A DNA stretch of 64,000 bases, taken from the NCBI GenBank assembly GCA_965215015.1, contig OZ244042.1, positions 5,696,001 to 5,760,000 on the forward strand, written 5' to 3'. The stretch is from Candidatus Poribacteria bacterium. Its GTDB lineage: Bacteria > Poribacteria > WGA-4E > PCPOR2b. How positions within the stretch are numbered: the first letter of the stretch is position 1; the number at the start of each line of letters is the position of its first letter. A model generated the notes under the pieces. It saw only the letters and a list, made by a program, of their open reading frames with translations. It was not told the DNA's origin and did not search any database. Shown one piece after another: positions 27,674 to 38,412 of the stretch. The translations under genes and the position numbers were made by a program.

Positions 27674-29346
27674 GCTAAACCTCGTATAACGTCGCCAAGG
27701 CCCGCACCCGCCGGAACCATTGGGAATACATTTTCCTCTTCATCAACGATAAAGTCGATGACAACAGGGCCATCGTCAATACCTTTTGCTTTCTCCAATG
27801 CCGGCCGGACATCCTCGATTCGCTCAACACGGATTCCTGTTGCCCCAAATGCCTCGGCAAGTTGTGCAAAATCGGGGTTGTCGTGATAATCAACCGCGGC
27901 GTAACGTTTCTGGTGGAAGAGCTCCTGCCACTGCCGAACCATGCCGAGATACATATTATTGATGATGAAGATTTTGAGCGGCAGTTTCATCGTGATGGCG
28001 GGGACAAGCTCTTGTATCGTCATGATGTATGAGCCATCGCCATTGATGTTGACAACCGTTTTGTCGGGACAGCCAAGCTGTGCGCCAATCGCTGCGGGCA
28101 AGCTGAATCCCATGGTGCCGAGACCACCGGAATTTAACCATTGACGCGGTTCGGTGAATTTGAAATATTGGGCCGCCCACATCTGATGCTGTCCGACATC
28201 TCCAACGACTATCGCATCGGAATAAAGGTCATAAATCTGCTCAATTACATACTGCGGCATAATGTTATCACCCTTTTGATCGTACTCAAAAGGATACTGC
28301 TCTTTCCACTCATTAATTTGGCGCATCCACGGTTCGATGTCCACGCGATGCACCCGTTTGTTCATTTCCGCCAATACGCGCTTGGCATCGCCCACAATCG
28401 GCACATCAACCGGGACGTTCTTGCCAATGCAAGAGGCATCAATGTCAATATGAATCTTCTTCGCGTGCGGCGCGAATTTCGTCAAGTCTCCCGTAACGCG
28501 GTCATCGAACCGGGCACCGACCGCAATCACCAGATCGGAATCGGTAAACGCATAGTTCGCACAGCAGGAGCCGTGCATACCGGGCATCTCCATTGCCAGC
28601 GGATGGGTTTCGGGAAATGCGCCCAGGCCCATCAGTGTTACAGTAATCGGAATGCCTGTTTTAATTGCCAGCTCCCGCAATTCTTCAGAAGCGTTAGCAA
28701 GCGTCACGCCCCCCCCTGCGTAGAGTATCGGACGGTCAGCGTTGTGAATCAACTCAACCGCTTTCGCTATCTGGCGCGGGTGCCCATCAACCTTCGGTTT
28801 GTAGCTGCGGATGTTCACCTTCTCTGGGTAACGGAATAACGATTCGTGGATCTGAGCATCTTTGGCAAAATCGACGACAACAGGCCCAGGTCTACCTGTG
28901 CTGGCAATATGGAACGCTTCCGCTATAACATCGGCGACTTCATCGCCACTTTTGATTAAGTAGCTGTGTTTGCAGACCGGGCGCGTCACGCCTATCACGT
29001 CACATTCCTGGAAGGCATCGTTCCCCATCAGGTGGGTAAAAACCTGCCCTGTGATCGCTACCATTGGAATAGAATCCATAAAGGCGGTCGCGATACCGGT
29101 CACTAGATTTGTGGCACCGGGCCCCGAAGTGGCAAGTGTAACGCCGACTTTACCTGTTGCCCGTGCATATCCATCGGCGGCATGGGACGCGCCTTGTTCG
29201 TGCCGCATCATGATTAGTTTAACATCGGGGTGCTCGTAGAGGGCGTCAAAGATTGGCATCGCTGCGCCGCCGTTCACACCGAAAATATACTCCACACCCT
29301 CTTGTTTGAGACTTTCAATCAGTATTTTTGCTCCTGATAGTTCCAT
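27670..29346 (-). CDS. ilvB: Acetolactate synthase large subunit
   Basis: RHEQGA.HAADGYAR, TSGPGATN, RFDDRVTG, DVGQHQMW, GDGS...NN.YLGMVRQWQ. Confidence 0.97.
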   Translation of the reverse strand: MELSGAKILIESLKQEGVEYIFGVNGGAAMPIFDALYEHPDVKLIMMRHEQGASHAADGYARATGKVGVTLATSGPGATNLVTGIATAFMDSIPMVAITGQVFTHLMGNDAFQECDVIGVTRPVCKHSYLIKSGDEVADVIAEAFHIASTGRPGPVVVDFAKDAQIHESLFRYPEKVNIRSYKPKVDGHPRQIAKAVELIHNADRPILYAGGGVTLANASEELRELAIKTGIPITVTLMGLGAFPETHPLAMEMPGMHGSCCANYAFTDSDLVIAVGARFDDRVTGDLTKFAPHAKKIHIDIDASCIGKNVPVDVPIVGDAKRVLAEMNKRVHRVDIEPWMRQINEWKEQYPFEYDQKGDNIMPQYVIEQIYDLYSDAIVVGDVGQHQMWAAQYFKFTEPRQWLNSGGLGTMGFSLPAAIGAQLGCPDKTVVNINGDGSYIMTIQELVPAITMKLPLKIFIINNMYLGMVRQWQELFHQKRYAAVDYHDNPDFAQLAEAFGATGIRVERIEDVRPALEKAKGIDDGPVVIDFIVDEEENVFPMVPAGAGLGDVIRGLA

Positions 29347-29412
29347 AGTATTCTCCTTATTAAGTTTAATCAGGATTCAAAGATTGGTGATTTCTCAGGA
29401 TAAAGAAAAGGT

Positions 29413-29535
29413 TCATGTCAAGAGAAAGTACAAAGCAAAGATACCCGGAACATCGCGCAACAGTCCCTCCCCCGCTTGCGGGGGGATTAGAGGGGGTCGA
29501 AAAAACTCGATTTCTTTGCACTATTTCTTACATGA
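29413..29535. mobile_element. MITE-like element, family 2, carrying a REP-like GC-rich hairpin
   Basis: Imperfect ~23-bp TIRs TCATGTCAAGAGAAAGTACAAAG / CTTTGCACTATTTCTTACATGA; second copy at 52770-52975. Confidence 0.6.
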
Positions 29536-29696
29536 TCGAAAAGCAAAAGAAGAAATCCTGTTTGAATCCACGAATTTAATTTGAACAACCACAAGCTCCT
29601 TTGAGCATACACAGGCGAATTTGAAACCCAGTCCTAATTAACCTTAAGGAAACTCCGCTGTAAATCCTAACGGTTTTTCTTACGAATACGTCCAAT

Positions 29697-30030
29697 AAAA
29701 AAGCCCTCCCGTTCCAATCCTCAGTAGAAGTTCCCCGATTGAAGATTTCAAGGAACAACTTTCGAGGATATACTTGGAGACGAGAAGGGCTTCCTCTAAA
29801 GTCCTTACCGCGGTACCACTCCAATTCCCTTTCGCTGATCAAATACCGTGTGTAAAAGGGCACTCATTGGTATGCGTAACGTGCATCAACCCGGCTAACC
29901 CTACGTGGGGTTTTCAGGCTAGCAGCTCCAGGGCGACCTTCAGTCGGGGTTACTTGGGGAAACCTCTCAGCCGGTGGATTTCCCGCTCTGTCAAGACCGC
30001 TCGACTTACTCCTCCCCTTCATCGCTTTTT
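29697..30030 (-). ncRNA. T-box riboswitch (Val specifier GUC) upstream of ilvB-ilvN-ilvC
   Basis: Minus strand: GCGATGAA, AGTA, CAGAG, GCTGA, GAA-G-GTC-G specifier loop (codon at 29935-29937), T-box GGAG-TGGTACC-GCG (29812-29818) with antiterminator 3' strand CGTCTCC, terminator AGCCCTTCTCGT...ACGGGAGGGCT-TTTTT. Confidence 0.9.
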
Positions 30031-30094
30031 TGCATTCAGTTTTGAACAAGATTACTTATCGGGAAGAAAATCCCTAAAAACCCTGTTAATTCAA

Positions 30095-31402
30095 TCAATT
30101 TCCCTCTTCATCGGAGCGTTCCGGGGGACGTTCACGCCCCTCCTCAAACCCCTCCGCCTCCCGTTGAACTCGCTCATCTTCAGGGAAACGCTCCCTTGCC
30201 CGATGGTACATTTCTGCGGCTTTCTCATCCTCGCCCACTTTTTGGTATGCCCGCGCCACCATTAGATAACTCTCCACCCGATTGGGTCGGGATTCAATAG
30301 AACGCTCCAAATCCGTTATCCGTCCCTCAACGGCAGCGGATGGGTCTGACGGGCTGCTTAGCGACGCTTCATATTCTTCAATGATCTGAAGCAGCTCCTC
30401 GATGGATCGTCGGTCCGCTGCGCTTGCTTCCCTGCTTTCGCTTGGCGGCGTGAAGTCTCCCGGCTCGTCATTAAATCCGGTTTCACGACCAGTGCCTTCC
30501 ATCGAATCCGGTGGGGGCTTTTCCTCCTGAAACGGTGATCCGGGAAACGTTTCTTCAGGAGCAGATTCTTCAGGCAATTGTCTCTGAGATTCACGTTGGA
30601 TCGGCTTAAAGATAGGGTTTCCTGCCTCAATCGCTTGAATATGCATAAGAGATACTGTAGGATGCCACCTACGAATGTCAAATCCAGGGGGAGGCAACTT
30701 ACAACTCTTCTTAAAAGCCACTAATGCTTCATCATACATGCCCAGTCTTTCGTAACTTTCACCTAAGGCAAGATACGCCGAACCGCGCGACGGGTCTGCC
30801 GCAATAGCCGCTTTGAGATAGGGAATAGACTCCGCTGGCTGGTCGGTGTTGATTGTTGTTCCGAGTCCATACAGGGCATCCACAGAAGTGGAATCCATCC
30901 CGACCAATCGTCGAAAGATGGCTTCTCTTCCATTTTCTTCATCAAGAGGGAGCAATTGACCCAATAAGAGAAGTTCCTCAAAAGCCCCTGGATTTTCAGC
31001 CACCGCCTTCCGGGCATATTGCCGGGCGTAATCCGGAAACCCCGTTCTTTTTAACCTTTTGGCTGCGGTGAAGGAATCAACGCCTTCGACTATAGGCGCA
31101 ATTATCTCTAACATCGGGTCTGTCCCCAACTCATCGGTAGGCGGAGAGGCGTCTAATGATGCTTCAGTAGTTCCGTGTACAGAAACACCAGATTTCTGAT
31201 TTGCACGAGCAGGCTGATCTGCTCCGGTTGAAAGTGAGGGTTCTGAAGGCGTTGTTTCCATTTCAGGCGGTGTTACTTCTCCTATCAGATTCTCATCTTT
31301 GTCCAAAGTCAATGGTTGTCTATACAAGATAAAGAAAATTACTCCGAATACCGATAGAATTATGAAGGGGAGCGTCCAAATCCGTTGTAATTTTTGCATC
31401 AT
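30095..31402 (-). CDS. Membrane-anchored TPR protein (intact family member)
   Basis: N-terminal TM, TPRs (SVDALYGLG, SAYLALGESYERLGMYDEAL), Pro/Glu-rich linker, conserved C-terminal TPR-like module. Confidence 0.8.
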   Translation of the reverse strand: MMQKLQRIWTLPFIILSVFGVIFFILYRQPLTLDKDENLIGEVTPPEMETTPSEPSLSTGADQPARANQKSGVSVHGTTEASLDASPPTDELGTDPMLEIIAPIVEGVDSFTAAKRLKRTGFPDYARQYARKAVAENPGAFEELLLLGQLLPLDEENGREAIFRRLVGMDSTSVDALYGLGTTINTDQPAESIPYLKAAIAADPSRGSAYLALGESYERLGMYDEALVAFKKSCKLPPPGFDIRRWHPTVSLMHIQAIEAGNPIFKPIQRESQRQLPEESAPEETFPGSPFQEEKPPPDSMEGTGRETGFNDEPGDFTPPSESREASAADRRSIEELLQIIEEYEASLSSPSDPSAAVEGRITDLERSIESRPNRVESYLMVARAYQKVGEDEKAAEMYHRARERFPEDERVQREAEGFEEGRERPPERSDEEGN

Positions 31403-31457
31403 TCAATTTTGACTAAGATTGACTATCGGGAAAATTCCAAAAACCCTGTTAATTCAA

Positions 31458-32728
31458 TCAATTTTCTTCTTGATCGGAACGTTCTAGCGGACGTTCAGGC
31501 TCCGCCTCAAACGCCTCTGACTCTCGTTGAATTCGCTCATCTTCAGGGAAACGTTCCCTCGCCTGTCGGTAGACTGCTGCGGCTTTCTCATCTTCGCCCG
31601 TTTCTTGGTAAGCCCGCGCTAACCTTAAATACTCTCCGCCCGATTGGGTCGGGATTCAATAGAACGCTCCAAATCCGTTATCCGTCCCTCAACGGCAGCG
31701 GATGGGTCTGACGAGCTGCTTAGCGACGCTTCGTACTCTTCAATGATCTGAATCAGCTCCTGGATGGATCGTTGGTCCGCTGCGGTTGCCTCTCCATCTT
31801 TGGGAGAAAGGGGTTCTTCAAGAGGTAATTTATCGAAGCCGGTTTTACGTTCCAAACCCGAAGGCGCGTTGGGAATGGGAGGCGTATCTTCTTGCGGTGG
31901 TGCTTGAGGAGGTGTTTCTTTAAAAGGAAGCTCTTTGGACTCCCGGGCTTCAGACAGCAAGGGTTTTATGCGAGGATTCCCAGCTTCAATCGCTCGAATA
32001 TGTGCGAGAGTCGCTAGACCCTGATTAATCGCATAGGCTTTCTTGTAGGACGCCAGTGCTTCGTCATATCGTCCCATTCTTTCGTAACTCGTTCCCAACA
32101 CGTAGTGGGACGCAACATAGGACGGATTCTCTGCAATAGCGGCTTCAAGATAAAAGACCGCATCTTGTGGTTGGTTATCACTGAGCATTTGTCCCAGTCC
32201 ATGTAATGCCTCGACAGAGGTCGAGTCTATTTCAACCAATTGCTCGAAAGCCGCTAGTCTCTCGCCATCCTCCCGAGGAAGTAGCTGAGCAAACAATAGT
32301 AGTGCTTCAAAAGAATCTGGATTTTCTGCTACAGCCATCCGTGCATATTCTCGTGCGTAATTCCATTCACCTGTTTCTCTGAGTTTCTTGGCTACGCTCA
32401 ATGGAGACTCCCCCTTGAACAAGGACGCTAATCTTTCTCGTTCAAGATTCGTTGTCCTCTCACCAACGAGAGGGGAAGTCGATTTTGACGTTTCGATAAC
32501 TGTATCTGCAGAAACACGAAATCCCCGGTTTGTACTTGAATTTGCTCGGTTATTTTTTACCGACCGCGTTGACAGCTCAATTTCCATTTTAGGCAAGACC
32601 ACTTCTGGAGAGGAGAGACTGCCATTGTCCAAAGTGGATTGGGGTTTCCTTAGGGAGAACAAAACCACTATGAATACAGCGAGTGCAGCAACAAGAACTA
32701 TCAAAATCAATCGGTGCTGGCGCATCAT
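31458..32728 (-). pseudogene. Membrane-anchored TPR protein paralog with a 1-bp deletion near the 3' end
   Basis: ORF stops at RAESI* (31625). Paralogs read GAG AGT TAT CTA, here GAG AGT ATT TAA; the shifted frame continues with the homologous tail (ARAYQETGEDEKAA...EEN*) to 31458. Could also be a sequencing error. Confidence 0.7.
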
Positions 32729-32889
32729 AATCTCTCCTTCTTAAATACCTCAATTTTCTGAGATAAACGGTCGTGCTAAAATAGAGCATAGCAGCAAGTG
32801 ATTCCATTTAACCAGAAGGGGTGATGCGTCCGCGTGAGATAGATCACACCCCTGGTGAGAAGGTTAATCTTCTCTGAGTTTGTACCCTT

Positions 32890-32950
32890 GAAAAGTGTAG
32901 AAGTGAAATCCATTCCACAAATGTTATCGAAAGAATCCCACTTCTACAGC
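32890..32950 (-). terminator. Terminator-like hairpin after sodA
   Basis: TGTAGAAGTG...CACTTCTACA followed by CTTTT on the minus strand. Confidence 0.5.
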
Positions 32951-32961
32951 CAGATGTCGCC

Positions 32962-33576
32962 TTAGCCTTTTGCAGCGGCGTAACGTCGGGCGACCTCCTC
33001 CCAATTGATAACGTTAGCCCACGCTTCGATATAAGCGGGACGCAGGTTTTGATACTTCAGATAATATGCGTGTTCCCAAACATCAAGACCAAGTATCGGT
33101 GTATGGCCCTGCATGATGGGGCTATCTTGGTTAGCAGTCGAGTAGATTTGCAAACCGCCAGTTTCATCAACAACCACCCATGCCCAGCCGGATCCGAAAC
33201 GGGTTGTCGCAGCCGTCCCGAACTGTTCTTTAGCAGCTTCAAGAGATCCGCAAGCAGACTCGATTGCAGCCGTTACCTCTGCTGTGGGGGTGCCGCCACC
33301 GTTGGGGCTCATTATGGTCCAGAAGAGTGAATGGTTGGCATGGCCGCCACCGTTATTGATAACAGCTTGCCGTTTGTCTTCCGGCACCTGGTCGATGTTA
33401 CGCAGCAAGTCTTCGACCGACAGAGCTGCTAAATCATCAAGCCCTTCAAGGGCAGTGTTAAGATTAGTGATGTAAGCCTGATGGTGTTTTCCGTGATGGA
33501 TTTGCATCGTTTGCTCGTCAATATGTGGTTCTAAAGCATTGTGAGCATACGGCAGGGCGGGTAATGTGTGTGCCAT
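32962..33576 (-). CDS. sodA: Superoxide dismutase, Mn-type signature
   Basis: [50 protein letters not shown]. Confidence 0.95.
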   Translation of the reverse strand: MAHTLPALPYAHNALEPHIDEQTMQIHHGKHHQAYITNLNTALEGLDDLAALSVEDLLRNIDQVPEDKRQAVINNGGGHANHSLFWTIMSPNGGGTPTAEVTAAIESACGSLEAAKEQFGTAATTRFGSGWAWVVVDETGGLQIYSTANQDSPIMQGHTPILGLDVWEHAYYLKYQNLRPAYIEAWANVINWEEVARRYAAAKG

Positions 33577-33820
33577 TAGGATTTGCCTCCTTGGGAGTTC
33601 CTTTAATTTTAAAGTTAATAAGCTAACACCAACAAAGCACATAAGTGCTAAGCATATAGTCCTTAGAATTTAATTATAACATATCGCATAATCAAAACCA
33701 AGCCATTTTTATCATGGGACTATTTAGTTTTCGATTTTCTCCCTGTCTGAGCAGTGTGTCGGGATTTGGAAATCTCTCCTACAGAAGAACTAAATGACCC
33801 TAATTTTTATCAATGCTTGA

Positions 33821-33849
33821 TTGACCGCCCTGCTAATCTGTGATAAAAT
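33821..33849 (+). promoter_or_regulatory. Sigma70-type promoter of guaA
   Basis: TTGACC-17 nt-TAAAAT with a TG extended -10. Confidence 0.6.
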
Positions 33850-33884
33850 AGGTTTACGACTTAATAGATTAGAAGGCTAGGCAC

Positions 33885-35423
33885 ATGAAACGTGAAACCA
33901 TAGTTGTTTTAGATTTCGGTTCCCAGTATACACAGCTAATCGCGCGACGCGTCCGCGAACACAAGGTGTACTGTGAGATCCACCCCTACAACGTTCCGCT
34001 AAATCAGCTGGCAGCCATACAACCGAAAGGTATCATCCTTTCTGGCGGTCCCGCAAGTGTCTACGCAACGGAGGCACCCCTGCTCGATCCGAAGATTTTA
34101 ACGCTCGATGTGCCGATTCTCGGTATCTGTTACGGTATGCAGCTCATCGCACACCTCTCCGCCGGTGGGAAAGTGCACCCTGCCGTTGAGCGTGAATTTG
34201 GTTTAGCAGAATTGACCGTAGATTTGCCGATTCCGTTATTTGCAGACCTGCCAAAGACGGTAAATGTTTGGATGAGTCACGGCGACCGAATTGATCTCCT
34301 GCCTGACGGCTTTCACTCTGTTGCCCATACCCATAATTCCCCAATAGCAGCGATAGCCGATTTGGATCGGGACATCTACGGTTTGCAATTCCATCCGGAG
34401 GTTATCCACACGCAAGACGATAACCGGCTGCTTGGTAACTTTGTCTACGAAATCTGTGATTGTAGCGACGAATGGACGATGCAGTCCTTCATCGCAGAAA
34501 CTACAGAGAAGATTCGCATCGAAACAGGTGGTGCTCGCGTGTTATGCGCCGTGAGCGGCGGCGTTGACTCGACAGTGCTTGCAACGCTACTTAAACGGGC
34601 TGTCGGGGATGCACTGGTCTGCGTTTTTGTCAATAACGGCTTATTGCGGAAGAATGAAGCGGATCAGGTGCTGTCAACTTTTCGAGAGCTCGACATTGAT
34701 GTTTATCATGTGGACGCTGCCGAACGGTTTCTCGAATATCTTTCAGGTGTTGAAAGCCCGGAGCAGAAACGCAAAATCATCGGAAATCAGTTCATAGAAG
34801 TATTCAAAGAGGGATTGGCACAAATTGGGCAAATCGACTTCCTAGCGCAAGGCACGCTCTACCCTGACGTAATCGAGAGTATATCTGTCAAAGGACCCGC
34901 GGCGACCATTAAAACGCACCATAATGTCGGTGGACTTCCCGAAAATCTGCCATTCAAACTAATCGAACCCCTGCGTGAACTGTTCAAGGATGAAGTGCGA
35001 GCCGTCGGATCAAGGTTGAATCTCCCGAAATCGGTCTTGGGACGGCACCCGTTCCCCGGTCCCGGTTTAGCTGTCCGTATATTGGGGCCCGTCACACAAG
35101 AACGTCTCGACATGCTGCGGGAAGCAGATCAAATCTTCATGGCAGAGCTGCAGAAAGCAGGACTATATGATGAAATCTGGCAGGCGTTGACTGTGTTTCT
35201 GCCGGTTAAGAGTGTCGGCGTGATGGGCGACGAGCGGACCTACGAAAACGTTGTAGCGTTGCGAGCTGTGACGAGCACCGATGGCATGACAGCGGATTGG
35301 GCGAAGATTCCTCACAATGTATTGGGTATCATTTCCAACCGCATTATCAACGAGGTGCGTGGCATCAATCGTGTCGTTTACGATATTAGCTCGAAACCCC
35401 CGAGTACGATTGAGTGGGAATGA
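33885..35423 (+). CDS. guaA: GMP synthase (glutamine-hydrolysing)
   Basis: [64 protein letters not shown]. Confidence 0.98.
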   Translation: MKRETIVVLDFGSQYTQLIARRVREHKVYCEIHPYNVPLNQLAAIQPKGIILSGGPASVYATEAPLLDPKILTLDVPILGICYGMQLIAHLSAGGKVHPAVEREFGLAELTVDLPIPLFADLPKTVNVWMSHGDRIDLLPDGFHSVAHTHNSPIAAIADLDRDIYGLQFHPEVIHTQDDNRLLGNFVYEICDCSDEWTMQSFIAETTEKIRIETGGARVLCAVSGGVDSTVLATLLKRAVGDALVCVFVNNGLLRKNEADQVLSTFRELDIDVYHVDAAERFLEYLSGVESPEQKRKIIGNQFIEVFKEGLAQIGQIDFLAQGTLYPDVIESISVKGPAATIKTHHNVGGLPENLPFKLIEPLRELFKDEVRAVGSRLNLPKSVLGRHPFPGPGLAVRILGPVTQERLDMLREADQIFMAELQKAGLYDEIWQALTVFLPVKSVGVMGDERTYENVVALRAVTSTDGMTADWAKIPHNVLGIISNRIINEVRGINRVVYDISSKPPSTIEWE

Positions 35424-35472
35424 ACCAGTCTGGATCTCACTAACTCATCCGAACACCGAAAGGAAAACGAAC

Positions 35473-37014
35473 ATGCCCACCCCTCCTAAGTATCAGATTA
35501 TCTACAACTGGGATGGTGCTCCTCATGGCTATTCTGAGCCGCCGCAATCTATAAACGCTTTCCTCGAAAAGGCCTACGCTCCGCTGGAAGATACGCAGAT
35601 TGGTGCCCATTTCTGGTGCATCGGCGAACATGCTGCCCGCTGGCAGAGTGATGTCCTTGAACAGCTCGGCGATATTCATGGTCGGCGTTATGAAAATGCT
35701 CAGGCGTACGTTCACACTGAAAACCTCCGTCAGATGGTAGAGCGTGGCGAAGACCCACAGCAAGCCATTATCGACCGTGGGCATCAACTTGGGATGCATG
35801 TCTATGCCTCAGTACGCATGAATGACAATCATTTCAGTGGGGCACAGGTCGCTGACTTGGAGAGCCTGCGCCATACGGAGCTGACCCAGATGCGGATCGA
35901 ACATCCGGAATGGTTGCTTGGCAATCAGACCTCGGAGTGGTTCGCGCTCTCATGGAATTTCGCTGTCCCCGAAATACGGGAACACCGCTACGCACACATC
36001 AAGGAGATCTGCGAAAGATATGACTGGGATGGTGTCGAATTGGACTGGCAGCGACACGCCTTTCACCTACCCGCCGACGAAGGCTACCGGCTCCGATATG
36101 TCCTGACCGACCTGCAGCGAGCCGTGCGGCAGATGACCGATGCGCTAGCGGAGAAACGCGGCAAACCGTTCTACTTAGCAGCGCGCGTGTCTGGTACGCT
36201 AGAGATGTGCCGCAACATCGGATACGATATTCCGACTTGGGTGAATGAGGGATTAGTGGACATTCTAATCCCCGCCGGTGGTGCTGCGACGGATCCCTCC
36301 TTAGATGTCGCAGCTTTTGTCGAACTGTGCCGAGATCAGCCGGTTGCGGTCTACCCCGGATTTGATGGTGGTTTGCCCGGACCCTCCGTCGGGCCCGAAG
36401 AGGCCGAGACCAAAGACCGAATGCGTACGCGCGCCATTGCTAGCCGCTACCACAGCGCAGGTGCCGATGGCATCTATGTCTTTAACTGGCACGCAAACCG
36501 CGATTCGAGGCGGGAATTGCTCTCACAGATTGGCTCGCCGGATACACTGCGGGGCACAGACAAAATTTATGCGGCAACCCATCGCTTCCTACAGGAGGCA
36601 GGAGAATGGCGGGGTGCTTATCGAAATGACCGCCTTTGGGGTGAGGTCCCGGTTGCTTTGAAACAGACGCTCACCGGCGAGGGACCAACAGTTACACTAA
36701 ATGTAGTAGACGATTTATCGACTAATATCCCCAAACAAGTCGAGTTACGGGTGCGGTTAGATCAGTGGGTGCGCGGAGATGTGGTGCGGGTCTCGTGGGA
36801 TGGGAGAACTCTTGATGACCCGACAATCCGCTATTGCACTATCAATGACCCACATCGTATCTCGGATGTGAGTGGGGCGGCGTGGTTGTGTTTTGAGATG
36901 GATGGGCCTCTATGTGCGGGTTCGCACGAGGCTAAGGTCGTGCTTGAGGAACGTCACCCGAAGGTTGCCTCTGACATTGTGATGACAGATGTAGAATTGG
37001 TCGTCCACTTTTAA
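35473..37014 (+). CDS. Glycoside-hydrolase-like (GHL10-like) TIM barrel protein
   Basis: Start MPTPPK at 35473 after AAGGA; YASVRMND, HPEWLL, WNFAVPEIRE, YDWDGVELDW.R, ADGIYVFNW motifs. Confidence 0.65.
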   Translation: MPTPPKYQIIYNWDGAPHGYSEPPQSINAFLEKAYAPLEDTQIGAHFWCIGEHAARWQSDVLEQLGDIHGRRYENAQAYVHTENLRQMVERGEDPQQAIIDRGHQLGMHVYASVRMNDNHFSGAQVADLESLRHTELTQMRIEHPEWLLGNQTSEWFALSWNFAVPEIREHRYAHIKEICERYDWDGVELDWQRHAFHLPADEGYRLRYVLTDLQRAVRQMTDALAEKRGKPFYLAARVSGTLEMCRNIGYDIPTWVNEGLVDILIPAGGAATDPSLDVAAFVELCRDQPVAVYPGFDGGLPGPSVGPEEAETKDRMRTRAIASRYHSAGADGIYVFNWHANRDSRRELLSQIGSPDTLRGTDKIYAATHRFLQEAGEWRGAYRNDRLWGEVPVALKQTLTGEGPTVTLNVVDDLSTNIPKQVELRVRLDQWVRGDVVRVSWDGRTLDDPTIRYCTINDPHRISDVSGAAWLCFEMDGPLCAGSHEAKVVLEERHPKVASDIVMTDVELVVHF

Positions 37015-37073
37015 CATGATCACCATCTGAGGGAGATGCTAGTTGATACCCTTGAACTAGCGGGGAACTATCA

Positions 37074-37529
37074 ATGACACCAGTCAGTCAATATCAATCT
37101 GAACAAACGACAGTGGAAACGGCAGCTGAAAGCAAGTTAGTAATTATCTGCCGAGCTGTCGCTTTTACACTCCTGATGCTATATGTCGTATTCGGTCCTT
37201 TTTATAAGCAAGTCCTTAAGGGAAAATCAGATGCCTTTCGGTCGTGGCAGATGTATCATCTGCGGGGACTCGATGTCTGTGATGTGCAATTTTACATCCG
37301 ACATCGAGATGGACGCATCGAGCACATTGATCGTTTCCAAGTATTCGGTCGTGACAAATTGCTGAAATCACACCACCATTCGCGTCGGCTTATGGGCGAG
37401 GAGGATGTATTGCGTGTGGGACGACGCATCCGACAAAAAGTGGGAGCTACCGTTGATTTGCGGGTAAACGCACGTATCGGTACGCGCGAAGGGTGGAAAA
37501 CCCTATATGTGGATAAACGCATTGAATGA
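37074..37529 (+). CDS. Single-TM protein resembling the post-HTTM luminal domain of VKGC-like proteins
   Basis: One TM followed by FRSWQMY...VQFYI...G..EHID...LRVNAR; directly upstream of an HTTM gene. Family resemblance is by eye. Confidence 0.5.
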   Translation: MTPVSQYQSEQTTVETAAESKLVIICRAVAFTLLMLYVVFGPFYKQVLKGKSDAFRSWQMYHLRGLDVCDVQFYIRHRDGRIEHIDRFQVFGRDKLLKSHHHSRRLMGEEDVLRVGRRIRQKVGATVDLRVNARIGTREGWKTLYVDKRIE

Positions 37530-37559
37530 CAGGGGTAACGAACGGAAACATAATCAGCC

Positions 37560-38393
37560 TTGCAAGCCATATTACGCAGCCTACAACATTTCTATAACTG
37601 GGCATTGTGTTATCGTGACTCCACCCGTTCAGTGGGGTTAATCAGAATCGGTTTGGTTCTGCTCCTCTGGTCTCGGTGGGCGGGTGAACTGATACTCTGT
37701 CGGGATATACGGCCAGGGACCATTCTACTCAATTCCGCGTTTTTCCTCTTTACTGGGCTCATGTGCGTCGGGCTATGGACACGCGTGTCATCGATGGGGA
37801 CAGCCCTCATTATTTCGGTGATGTTTGTCACGAATGAATCATGGAAGCATCATCACGCCTTCCTCTTGGTCATGGCTGCCCTCTTTATTGCGTTGACACC
37901 GTGCGGTCGCTCATACTCGTTAGATCGCTGGTTGGCACTCCGTCGCGCCTTAAAATCAGGTTTACCACCGCCGCCTGAAATCGGCAATTTGTGGGGGCTA
38001 CGCCTAACTGCTATTCAATTGTCGATGGTCTACTTCTGGACTGCCTACGAAAAACTTTACTGGGGATTTTTGAGTGGTGACCGCATGGAACTCCTCGCTT
38101 ACAACTATTATGCGGGGTATGACTACGCAAGTATCCCTGGGTTTTCTGCGTTCTGTTTTGTTATCGCAATTGCTACTGTGATACTGGAATTTCTACTAGC
38201 TTTCGGACTGTATATCCCCAAATTCCACAAATACTTGATGCCCGCTGGGATCGTCTTGCATGTCCTTTTCTACATCTTATTGCCCATCCGTACTTTTACT
38301 TTGACCATGATTCTTCTGTACCTCGCTTTTATCCCAGCGGCTTCCGTTCATCGTTTCATCAACAATATGCACGAAGGTTACAGACCTGCTTAG
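37560..38393 (+). CDS. HTTM-domain membrane protein (vitamin K-dependent carboxylase / SdpB-like)
   Basis: LIRIGL, GLWTR, PCGRSYSLD, QLSMVYF..AYEKL...FLSG, ILEF.L, GIVLH motifs. Confidence 0.8.
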   Translation: MQAILRSLQHFYNWALCYRDSTRSVGLIRIGLVLLLWSRWAGELILCRDIRPGTILLNSAFFLFTGLMCVGLWTRVSSMGTALIISVMFVTNESWKHHHAFLLVMAALFIALTPCGRSYSLDRWLALRRALKSGLPPPPEIGNLWGLRLTAIQLSMVYFWTAYEKLYWGFLSGDRMELLAYNYYAGYDYASIPGFSAFCFVIAIATVILEFLLAFGLYIPKFHKYLMPAGIVLHVLFYILLPIRTFTLTMILLYLAFIPAASVHRFINNMHEGYRPA

Positions 38394-38412
38394 AGGAGAA
38401 GACAACAAAACC

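Noticed and set aside
26239-28839. Long antisense ORFs opposite ilvC and ilvB, and similar shadow ORFs elsewhere
   Set aside because: They overlap well-supported genes on the other strand and lack motifs or SD sites.
29697-30030. RNase P RNA, or the ORFs 29774-30265, 29576-29863 and 29864-30049
   Set aside because: No GAGGAAAGTCC RNase P motif; the T-box hallmarks explain the region and the ORFs have no recognisable features.
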